A DNA stretch of 26,480 nucleotides from NCBI GenBank assembly GCA_008080735.1, contig SHMW01000066.1:1-26480 (forward strand), in the 5' to 3' direction. The DNA comes from Promethearchaeota archaeon (GTDB lineage Archaea > Asgardarchaeota > Lokiarchaeia > Sigyniarchaeales > SOKP01). Within the stretch, counting starts at the first letter, position 1. Every line of letters starts with the position of its first letter. Positions 9,406 to 16,826 of the stretch are shown one piece after another. The notes beneath the pieces are model-generated. The model saw nothing but the letters and a program-made list of their open reading frames with translations, did no database searches and was not told the origin of the DNA. Both the position numbers and the translations under genes were made by a program.

Positions 9406-10422
9406 ATGGACTTGAAGGATGCGGTTAAGGAATATGTTCAAGACGACGACATGTTAGCACTTAGTAATTTTTTACACTGCAATCCCTATGCAACCATACA
9501 CGAAATCGTAAGACAGAAGATAAAAAATTTAACTGTAGCAGTATGTTCTGCTATCGAAGAAATCGATCTTTTGTTATCTGGAGATTGTGTTTCAAAAATT
9601 ATCACTTCTTATTATCATCGCGCTGGTGGAAGAAGATATAAAAGGGAATTAGACAGAGCTCTATTTGAAGATCGAATTGAATATGAGGATTATTCCAATT
9701 TTACTATGTGTTCTATGTTTATGGCGGGGGCATTGGGATATGATTTTCTACCCGTTATGAATTCAGTCAAAGAATCAGATATCTATGATAAACGAACCTT
9801 TTGCAGCACGAATAAAATGTCGACCATTAAATCCCCATTTACAGATAAAGAAACAGTGCTTGTTCCGGCACTCAGACCAGATGTGGCGATCGTTCACGTT
9901 CAGAGAGCAGATAAGTATGGAAACGCTCAACTCTGGGGCACCGAGGGAACCGTAAAATGGACGGCGTTATCTGCTCAAAAAATCATAGTTACTTGTGAGG
10001 AAATTGTGGATCATGAGAAAATAAAGCGTTCTCCATTTTTAACAGTAATTCCTTCATTCAGGACAAGCGCCGTTTGCGAGGTTCCTTGGGGTGCTCATCC
10101 GAGTCCTGTTGCAGGGTACTATAACACAGACATAATCTTCAGATCAATGTTTTTCGGAAAGGCAATCAGTAGTTTAGGTAATCAAGAATTTATGAAAGAA
10201 TGGGTTTATAACAGAACAGATCGTCAAGATTACATCGATCATTATCAGGAAAGATTTGGGGAAGAACCATTAGATTATTTGAAGGTACATGAATATAAAT
10301 CTGATACAATCAATATGGGATATAAGAAAACCTATTGGCAAGATGACTTCGTAATGAATCTCGCACTGACAAAAGAAGAATATAATAAAAAAGCAGAAGA
10401 TGAGGGTGAATTAGAAATATGA
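9406..10422 (+). CDS. Family I CoA-transferase, alpha subunit (glutaconate CoA-transferase GctA-like)
   Basis: AGALGYDFLP, VPALRPDVAIVHVQRADKYGNAQ and PWGAHPS motifs. Confidence 0.92.
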   Translation: MDLKDAVKEYVQDDDMLALSNFLHCNPYATIHEIVRQKIKNLTVAVCSAIEEIDLLLSGDCVSKIITSYYHRAGGRRYKRELDRALFEDRIEYEDYSNFTMCSMFMAGALGYDFLPVMNSVKESDIYDKRTFCSTNKMSTIKSPFTDKETVLVPALRPDVAIVHVQRADKYGNAQLWGTEGTVKWTALSAQKIIVTCEEIVDHEKIKRSPFLTVIPSFRTSAVCEVPWGAHPSPVAGYYNTDIIFRSMFFGKAISSLGNQEFMKEWVYNRTDRQDYIDHYQERFGEEPLDYLKVHEYKSDTINMGYKKTYWQDDFVMNLALTKEEYNKKAEDEGELEI

Positions 10423-11258
10423 AATATAGAAGAGTCGAACTAATGGTTTTGGAAACGAGCAAAGAGATTAAAGATGGGGAAGTATGTGTCATCGGACAAG
10501 GAATCCCAATGACGGCAGGGGCAATCGCAAAACGCTCTCACGCTCCTAATGCGATCATACTCACAGAGGCAGGCATGGTTGATATTGACCCATTTCAAAA
10601 TTTGGAAGATATTGCTGATCCTGGATGTTCTAAAGGATTTTCCTATTCAATAGATTTGTTTGATGTATTCACTACAGTAGTGAATCGAGGTTATTGCGAT
10701 CTTTGCATCTTAGGTGCGGCCCAAATTGATAAATACGGGAACGTGAATACCACTGTTGTGGGGGATTATGAAATAAATACTCGATCGGATATGAAGCTTC
10801 CGGGTAGTGGCGGTGCAAATGAATTCGCGGGACATAGTAACAAAACCATTTTTACAGTTGTAGGGGGAAAATTCGTTGAAAAATTAGATTACCTAACGAG
10901 TCCTGGTTGGTTGGATGGCGGAGATTCTCGTCGAAAAGCTGGTCTTCCAGGAGGTCCATCGGCTGTATTTAGTAAATATGGGGTCTTTAGATTTGCCGAG
11001 GAATCAAAAGAAATGTATCTTTCAGCAATATTTCCAGATACAACGGTCGAGGATATTAAAAAACAAATTCCTTGGGATTTAAAAACAGCAGAGGATTTTG
11101 GAGGTGAGTTCCGGAAAATAGAAGATCCCACACCAGCACAGTTAAAATTTATGAGATCTTTTGAGCCTTTCCTTGGAATTTCCGGACATGAAGGAAGATT
11201 ACTACAAGTTCGTGCTTTACCCAATTATTATGAAAAGAAGGCTCATGAAAATCTATAA
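10419..11258 (+). CDS. Family I CoA-transferase, beta subunit (GctB-like)
   Basis: G-x-G-I-P, catalytic Glu in LTEAG, LGAAQIDKYGNVNTT and LPGSGG. ATG overlaps the alpha-subunit stop (ATGA). Confidence 0.92.
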   Translation: MKYRRVELMVLETSKEIKDGEVCVIGQGIPMTAGAIAKRSHAPNAIILTEAGMVDIDPFQNLEDIADPGCSKGFSYSIDLFDVFTTVVNRGYCDLCILGAAQIDKYGNVNTTVVGDYEINTRSDMKLPGSGGANEFAGHSNKTIFTVVGGKFVEKLDYLTSPGWLDGGDSRRKAGLPGGPSAVFSKYGVFRFAEESKEMYLSAIFPDTTVEDIKKQIPWDLKTAEDFGGEFRKIEDPTPAQLKFMRSFEPFLGISGHEGRLLQVRALPNYYEKKAHENL

Positions 11259-11373
11259 TAAGGATTATTCTCAATTTTTTTCTTTTTTGAGAAAATGATT
11301 CCATTGAACCAAATCTAACTATACTATAAGAAAAAAGTTATTATAAAAGAATGATATAATCTAATATAATAGA

Positions 11374-12309
11374 ATGTCAGTTCAAATGAAGGAATATGAA
11401 TGTGAGATATGCATCATCGGGGCGGGGCCAGCGGGACTAAGTGCGGGTGTATATTGCGGGCGTGCTGGTCGTGACACCATTATTCTTAAAGGAAAAGAGA
11501 AAGGCGCTCTCGAAAGAACGAAAGCAATAGAAAATTGGCTAGGAGAGCCAAAAATACAAGGAGATAGCTTATTACAGAAATTTAAGGATCACGTCAAAAG
11601 TATTGAAAATGTTCGCATAATCGAAGGTGATGTTATTTCATTAATGCTCGGAATGGGTAAAAATATGATCTCAACTAGAAATGCGAACCTCACTGCAGAT
11701 GCGGTTATAATTGCTACGGGGATGGGTAATCGTGAAGAAATTATAGAAGGTGAGTCCAAACTTGTAGGATATGGAGTATCTTATTGTGCACTCTGTGATG
11801 GACCTTTATATGTTGACAAAAAAGTGTTCCTTTATGGAGAAGACGAGGAATTAATTGAGGATGCGCTCATACTTGATCAAATGGGATGCCATGTAAATAT
11901 CATCACTCCTAAATCTCTCAATGAATTACCTAATGAAATTAAACAAGCTCAAGAAAAAGGAATTGATGTGATTCCTAACGCGGAAATTCTCGAAGTGGAA
12001 GCAAATTCTAATGGATTACTAGATAAAATAGATTATAAATTAGAAAATGATCAAGTTAAGGAAGCGGAATTAGACGGATTATTTATTTTTTCTCATGTCC
12101 CTTCAAATTCTATATTTAAGAAAGCGGGAGTAGAATTAGATGAAAACGGTAATATTAGTGTCAATGCACATCAAGAAACTAATCTAAAAGGGGTATTTGC
12201 CGCGGGGGATGTGACAGGTGGATTATATCAAGTGATTTTCGCTGTAGCTGAGGGTGGGCGTGCTGGAATTAATGCTGCAAAATATGTACGACACCTTCAA
12301 AAAGAATAA
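11374..12309 (+). CDS. trxB: Thioredoxin reductase-like flavoprotein with a degenerate NADPH-binding site
   Basis: GAGPAG FAD motif, IIATG, GVSYCALCDG redox CxxC, GVFAAGD. Confidence 0.9.
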   Translation: MSVQMKEYECEICIIGAGPAGLSAGVYCGRAGRDTIILKGKEKGALERTKAIENWLGEPKIQGDSLLQKFKDHVKSIENVRIIEGDVISLMLGMGKNMISTRNANLTADAVIIATGMGNREEIIEGESKLVGYGVSYCALCDGPLYVDKKVFLYGEDEELIEDALILDQMGCHVNIITPKSLNELPNEIKQAQEKGIDVIPNAEILEVEANSNGLLDKIDYKLENDQVKEAELDGLFIFSHVPSNSIFKKAGVELDENGNISVNAHQETNLKGVFAAGDVTGGLYQVIFAVAEGGRAGINAAKYVRHLQKE

Positions 12310-12315
12310 CTTTTC

Positions 12316-12356
12316 AGCTCACTCTTAAAGCTTAATTTTATACATATCTACAAATC
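12316..12356. repeat. Left copy of a 41-bp direct repeat (putative att / dif-like site)
   Basis: AGCTCACTCTTAAAGCTTAATTTTATACATATCTACAAATC matches 16749-16789 at 38/41 positions, with a 22-bp perfect core at 12331-12352. Confidence 0.9.
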
Positions 12357-12430
12357 TTATTATCTTAAATCCTTAGACATTTCAATTAAAATAGAGTTAT
12401 AATAGAACCAACTAATTGAATTCCAGGTTG

Positions 12431-12928
12431 TTATTTCTTTAGACTTATTTTCGTTTTAAATTCAATCCAAGGAATTACTGGTAAATTCTTTGTTTCTGGA
12501 ATTTTCTTCAAAATGTTTTTCAAATCGTTATCTTCACTCAAAAGAACCCCATTTAATGCTGCTGCAGTTGCAGCTATCCAACAATCCATGAGATCAATGT
12601 GTCCAGAATGTCTGATAATTGAGGCAATCATGCTTGCTTTTGGATTTAATTCACAATTAAAGATGTTGATAGGTAAACCAATCAAGGTTGGAAGAATCTT
12701 TTGATATCTATCTAGAACGTTAAAATCATTAGTTTTTCTATACACATTTAATAATTTATACATCGTTTCAATGAGACATATAGATGGTAAATAGACAAGA
12801 TATCCTTCAATCTCATTTTTCCAAACTCGTTTAAGATCACTTTCAAACTCATTATCCATCTTAATCTTTATACCAAATAAAGGTAAGATAAAACTTGTGT
12901 CAAGTATGAGAGGTTTAGTGTTCTTCAT
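12431..12928 (-). CDS. vapC: PIN-domain (VapC-like) toxin
   Basis: LILDTSFIL, ICLIET, DLMDCWIAATA and LLSED acidic PIN residues. Overlaps the upstream antitoxin gene. Confidence 0.88.
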   Translation of the reverse strand: MKNTKPLILDTSFILPLFGIKIKMDNEFESDLKRVWKNEIEGYLVYLPSICLIETMYKLLNVYRKTNDFNVLDRYQKILPTLIGLPINIFNCELNPKASMIASIIRHSGHIDLMDCWIAATAAALNGVLLSEDNDLKNILKKIPETKNLPVIPWIEFKTKISLKK

Positions 12929-13175
12929 TAGTTAATTTCTCCTGCAATATCCTTTCTTCTTCAATATCCTTTTCAATCTTTGTAGGCGTTCCCGTGTCAA
13001 TCACCGGCATACTTAATGCTTCTTCGATCGAATAGATCTTTTTGATGATTAACTCCCCCTTAAAAGCTTCTATTAGTACTTCATCTCCTGGATTAATACC
13101 CGCCATATCTCTTAAAGGCTTTTTAGGAAGAATTTCTCCCTTTTTCCCAACAATAGTTTTATCTTGAATGGTCAT
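12915..13175 (-). CDS. vapB: AbrB/MazE/SpoVT-family antitoxin
   Basis: VGKKGEILPKKPLRDMAGINPGDEV swapped-hairpin motif, directly upstream of the PIN gene. Confidence 0.88.
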   Translation of the reverse strand: MTIQDKTIVGKKGEILPKKPLRDMAGINPGDEVLIEAFKGELIIKKIYSIEEALSMPVIDTGTPTKIEKDIEEERILQEKLTNEEH

Positions 13176-13240
13176 ACAGATAGTATGTTTTTCGGAATAT
13201 TTAATTTTTGTCAGAAAATCTCAAAATGAAAATAATTTTA

Positions 13241-13265
13241 GGGGGAGACACTACGGGGGAGGGAG
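13241..13265. repeat. G-rich inter-module motif, copy 1 (variant)
   Basis: GGGGGAGACACTACGGGGGAGGGAG in a very AT-rich intergenic context. Confidence 0.85.
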
Positions 13266-13290
13266 CGTATAATTAATGAAGAAAAAAAAC

Positions 13291-13398
13291 TTAATCCTCT
13301 TTCTTGAAATTTTTATAATGAGTTTTTTCTAAATAATCTTCAAATTTGACCAGACTCTTATATAGCTTTGCCTTCTTAAGCTTTACCTTCTTAAGAAT
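13291..13398 (-). pseudogene. Remnant of the 3' end of a paralog of the 130-aa ORF (14385-14777)
   Basis: 13291-13380 matches 14385-14474 at 82/90 nt and encodes LKKAKLYKSLVKFEDYLEKTHYKNFKKED*. Contains a 15-bp tandem duplication (13366-13395). The frame is closed by a TGA just upstream. Confidence 0.85.
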
Positions 13399-13580
13399 CT
13401 TATTTTCCAAGGAATTTCATAGAATATGAGACGAAAAATTTACCTTTCCATCAAAAATTCCAATCTAATTCAAAGAAAACTATCGAAAATTGCCATCTAA
13501 ATGTATTTAAGAAAATATAGGGGATATTTGAAAAAATAGAATTTAGTTATTTGATTTTCTAATGAAAAATTTTTACAGGA

Positions 13581-13602
13581 GGGGGCACCACAAGGGAGGG
13601 AG
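13581..13602. repeat. G-rich inter-module motif, copy 2
   Basis: GGGGGCACCACAAGGGAGGGAG, flanked by TTTTACAGGA and ATAA. Confidence 0.9.
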
Positions 13603-13615
13603 ATAAAAGGATAAT

Positions 13616-13969
13616 TTAGGGTGATTCGAATCTAATCTCGTTTTCAGAAAGTATGATTTTTCCTGGGTTATTAAGTTTATTTACTGCATTATCTAAGTAT
13701 TTTTGAACTATACTAGCAATAATTTTTGGATCTCTTGGATGTAATTTTATATAAATAATCTTACACCTTTCTAGAAGTTCTTTTTTTATTGATAGGAAAT
13801 CAGAATCTAATGTGATGATTATGGCATTCTTTTTTATTGATAACTCTGCTACTTCACCATTCTTTATCCCAAGTTTATTTTCATCTTTCAAAGTGATTGT
13901 TTCATAGCCAAGCTTATTTATAATTTCTTTAATAGAAAGAGGTACATTTTCATCCAATAGAAATTTCAA
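13616..13969 (-). CDS. DUF5615 / Mut7-C PIN-like toxin (VapC45-like)
   Basis: MKFLLDENVP start and IIITLDSDF motif. Confidence 0.88.
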   Translation of the reverse strand: MKFLLDENVPLSIKEIINKLGYETITLKDENKLGIKNGEVAELSIKKNAIIITLDSDFLSIKKELLERCKIIYIKLHPRDPKIIASIVQKYLDNAVNKLNNPGKIILSENEIRFESP

Positions 13970-13972
13970 ATT

Positions 13973-14218
13973 CTATTGTACCTCCTTACTCAATATATTA
14001 TCTAAATTAACTTGAGAAAGGTTTTTTAATGCATCATTCCCTAATTCTATGACTTTGAGAAGAATTTGTCGATCAAGATGAGGATATTCTTTTTGAATTT
14101 CATCAATAGCATAATTCAAACCAACTAATTCATAAATTAAAGCAACAGGGATTCTCGTGCCCTTTATGACGGGCTTTCCTCCAAGGATTTCTGGGTTTGA
14201 TTCAATTAGATCCGACAT
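13973..14218 (-). CDS. DUF433 antitoxin (VapB45-like)
   Basis: NPEILGGKPVIKGTRIPV...EYPHL signature, 3 nt upstream of the DUF5615 gene. Confidence 0.92.
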   Translation of the reverse strand: MSDLIESNPEILGGKPVIKGTRIPVALIYELVGLNYAIDEIQKEYPHLDRQILLKVIELGNDALKNLSQVNLDNILSKEVQ

Positions 14219-14337
14219 TTTCTATGAAATAATAAAGAGATTCAGATATAAATATTTAATCGATAAATATGAAAAAACTCTTTATAATTAATGAAGAAAA
14301 ACGAAAATAAATTTTTTTTCTAAATTTCTTTTCAGAA

Positions 14338-14359
14338 GGGGGCACCACGGGGGAGGGAG
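14338..14359. repeat. G-rich inter-module motif, copy 3
   Basis: GGGGGCACCACGGGGGAGGGAG, flanked by TTTTCAGAA and ATAA. 20/22 identical to copy 2. Confidence 0.9.
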
Positions 14360-14384
14360 ATAATAATAAATGAAAAAAAAAAAC

Positions 14385-14777
14385 CTAATCTTCTTCCTTG
14401 AAATTTTTATAACGAATTTTTTCTAAATAATCTTCAAATTTGACCGGACTCTTATATAATTTTGCCTTCTTAAGAATTAAAGCTCCTTTTTCGGTTGTTA
14501 TAATCTCTTCAGGATCAAGATCAGTAAATAAAACTGTTTTTGATGAATCTACTAATTTTAACTCAAACATTTTTTCCATTGTTTCCTTCTCATAAGTATA
14601 TGTTGTTATGCCTGCAATTACTTCACTTTTATTACCAAATACTCTTCCATCTTTTAAAGTGAGAAATCCATCAATAATTATATAACTTCCAAGATGTAAA
14701 TCACGATATTCTGCTATTGTATTCCAAATATGATCATAAGATTCTTTTGAATCAATAATATGAATCCAGCTATACAT
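14385..14777 (-). CDS. Hypothetical protein (130 aa), candidate immunity protein
   Basis: Intact ORF directly downstream of the nuclease-domain gene, with an AAGGTAG SD-like and TTTTTAAAT TATA-like sequence upstream. No family recognised; function inferred from context only. Confidence 0.7.
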   Translation of the reverse strand: MYSWIHIIDSKESYDHIWNTIAEYRDLHLGSYIIIDGFLTLKDGRVFGNKSEVIAGITTYTYEKETMEKMFELKLVDSSKTVLFTDLDPEEIITTEKGALILKKAKLYKSPVKFEDYLEKIRYKNFKEED

Positions 14778-14864
14778 TTTTTTCTACCTTTAATAAAAAA
14801 GTATATTTAAAAATTTAGTTTATATTTTTAGTTTAACAATCAAAATTTATTTTCCTTCCATTAT

Positions 14865-16436
14865 TTAAAAAGTCCTCCAATCTCTATATGGAATTTTAGA
14901 TAATGTAATTTTTGTCAGTTCTTCAAATTTACTAATGATAAAATCCAGTCTATCTTCAGGATCAACATTATAATCTACTACGATCAAATAATATCCATCT
15001 TTATTATTCTTCTCAAAATGATCAACTTTATCTTCATCTCTAGTTATTAAATCTCGCCACGGTTTATATACTTTTGAATATTTTTTAGTCCCTTCAACTA
15101 CATCTAATTGTTTAGAAACAGCCTTATAAGCTTCAAATCCTATTTTTGGATCAGGATCATGTTGTTGACCTTGATACTCAATTGCTAATTTAATTAAATT
15201 TCCATTTTTATCTTCTATATTTAATTCTACATATCCATCAACATGAACATTTGCATGAATAAGTCCTTCTAATTCTGGAAATATTTTTGTAAGACCATAT
15301 TCGATTTGATAATTATTTTCTATATATCCTAATTCTTTAAATATATATTCACATATCTCATTGGTGATTTTCTGATTTATATACTGTCCGTCGCACTTTG
15401 GGCAATTACCCACATTCCTTTTAATATTATTATACGTATTTTCCCATACATGACCGCAGTCTTCATGTTTCCATGTTAATATTGCATCACCATAGAATTT
15501 GTTTTTACCATTATAAGATTCTATACATGCCAGAGTAAATTCCTCAAAGCTCAATTCCTTATTAGGATCATTTGGTGAAACTAATTTCAATCCTCTACTA
15601 GTTGCTTCATCCTTTGCGTTTTTTAAAGCATTTCGTAAGTATGTACTCTTTTCTCTAAAAAAATCTTCTAATATTTTTGCGGATTCTAAGGTCATTCCAA
15701 AAGCGGTTATGAACGCTACATATCTCCTTGCCATCATTTCATTAAGTTCTAGGTATGCCTCTTTAGACAAATCAACAATTCTGATAACATCATTTTGGGA
15801 AACGAGGTCACTATCTACATATTGGTTGGTTTCGGTATTAACTCCTGTAGTTATGTAGAAGGTTTCACCATTAGATTCGTGGACATACTCAATTTGATGG
15901 ACGATTTTAATTTCATCTCGATAAAATACAATGATATCTCCTTTTTTATAATGTGTGCCTTCTGGCATTAATCTCATAGGTACTTCAGCACCAGCTTGTA
16001 GCCCAAGTATGCCAGACATCGATTCACTCAGTACTTTTAATCTTCTTACATTCTTGTCCGTTTTTTCAAAGGAATTTTCATTGGAACGAGACGGAAAATC
16101 TACCTTTTCGGCAATATCCCGTTCAAATCTCAAGGGGAGGTCACTCATTAGGTATGCGCCTACACAGAGGACTAGCTGCTCGATGTGGCTTAGTAATTCC
16201 CCAGAGGTACGTTTCTGATTAATCCTTGTTAAGACTTCTTGTCTAACTTCTAAAATTTTACCGTCAGAGGATTCAATTATATCCATTCCATCATAGGACC
16301 GACCGGCAAGTGTCTCGACGGCATACCGAAGCTCTTCTACAGGAAAATGAAGTGTGTCCAGCGTTTCTTTGGGTGATTCGGATATGGGTTTCTGGGGGTC
16401 GAATAGTCGCGAATAAAGAGCTTTGATTTGGTTCAT
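14865..16436 (-). CDS. Multidomain protein: S26-like (Ser-His) peptidase + Zn ribbon + REase-like (DUF559/Vsr-type) nuclease; probably the C-terminal remnant of a larger gene
   Basis: aa ~133-222: VLSESM, GDIIVF, IVHQI, YITTGVN...D (cf. Sec11/SipW VxSGSM, GDIIVF, IVHRV, TKGDN..D). aa 322-348: WKHEDCGHVW...CPKC. aa 398-426: HVDGY...LAIEYQGQQH. Confidence 0.78.
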   Translation of the reverse strand: MNQIKALYSRLFDPQKPISESPKETLDTLHFPVEELRYAVETLAGRSYDGMDIIESSDGKILEVRQEVLTRINQKRTSGELLSHIEQLVLCVGAYLMSDLPLRFERDIAEKVDFPSRSNENSFEKTDKNVRRLKVLSESMSGILGLQAGAEVPMRLMPEGTHYKKGDIIVFYRDEIKIVHQIEYVHESNGETFYITTGVNTETNQYVDSDLVSQNDVIRIVDLSKEAYLELNEMMARRYVAFITAFGMTLESAKILEDFFREKSTYLRNALKNAKDEATSRGLKLVSPNDPNKELSFEEFTLACIESYNGKNKFYGDAILTWKHEDCGHVWENTYNNIKRNVGNCPKCDGQYINQKITNEICEYIFKELGYIENNYQIEYGLTKIFPELEGLIHANVHVDGYVELNIEDKNGNLIKLAIEYQGQQHDPDPKIGFEAYKAVSKQLDVVEGTKKYSKVYKPWRDLITRDEDKVDHFEKNNKDGYYLIVVDYNVDPEDRLDFIISKFEELTKITLSKIPYRDWRTF

Positions 16437-16748
16437 ATCTAGGGGAGCAAACAGACCTTCATAGGGGTCTCCTATCGCAATATCGGAGAGCTGGACATCA
16501 AAGGCAGTCTCGAGGTGCCCCGATGAAAGAGATTGCTCTGAAATTATAGTGAACTCTTGAGGTTCTGAGATTCTGTTTTAAAGGCTTCCTTCAACAGTAG
16601 ATACTCTCGTTTGTCCATAAGTTTGAAGCAAGTCGGTCTCTATTTCAATTTTATTACAGATTCGAGAGGTTCGCAAATTCAGTCTTCGATCCCGAAATGG
16701 GCAGTCCTATAGGTTGTTCCGAAATACTCGGTGATTTGCTTGATGGTT
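16437..16748 (-). pseudogene. Decayed 5' extension of the 523-aa gene
   Basis: The same frame stays open for 47 codons upstream of the ATG (to 16577), hits TAA at 16578-16580, then is open again to 16706. GC-rich, coding-like sequence continues up to the right direct repeat. Confidence 0.6.
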
Positions 16749-16789
16749 AGCTCATTCTTAAAACTTAATTTTATACATATCTACATATC
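16749..16789. repeat. Right copy of the 41-bp direct repeat (putative att / dif-like site, in the xer promoter region)
   Basis: AGCTCATTCTTAAAACTTAATTTTATACATATCTACATATC, ending 38 bp before the xer ATG. Confidence 0.9.
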
Positions 16790-16826
16790 ACACCATTTTT
16801 TGTAAGATTTCACGAATAATTGTAAT

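Larger units (their letters stand above)
12316..16789. mobile_element. Integrated island (~4.4 kb) flanked by direct repeats, with no integrase inside
   Basis: Flanking 41-bp direct repeats, accessory cargo (TA pairs, nuclease fusion, gene remnants) all on the minus strand, and an adjacent xer gene outside the repeats. Confidence 0.8.

Noticed and set aside
13241-14359. CRISPR array or ORB elements formed by the G-rich repeats
   Set aside because: Spacing is 340 and 757 bp with genes in between, there are no cas genes, and there is no TCCA..GGA ORB core.
16679-16760. HTH-looking peptide ELTIKQITEYFGTTYRTAHFGIED on the minus strand
   Set aside because: No start codon, too short, and it overlaps the repeat. 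It cannot be distinguished from chance within a decayed region.
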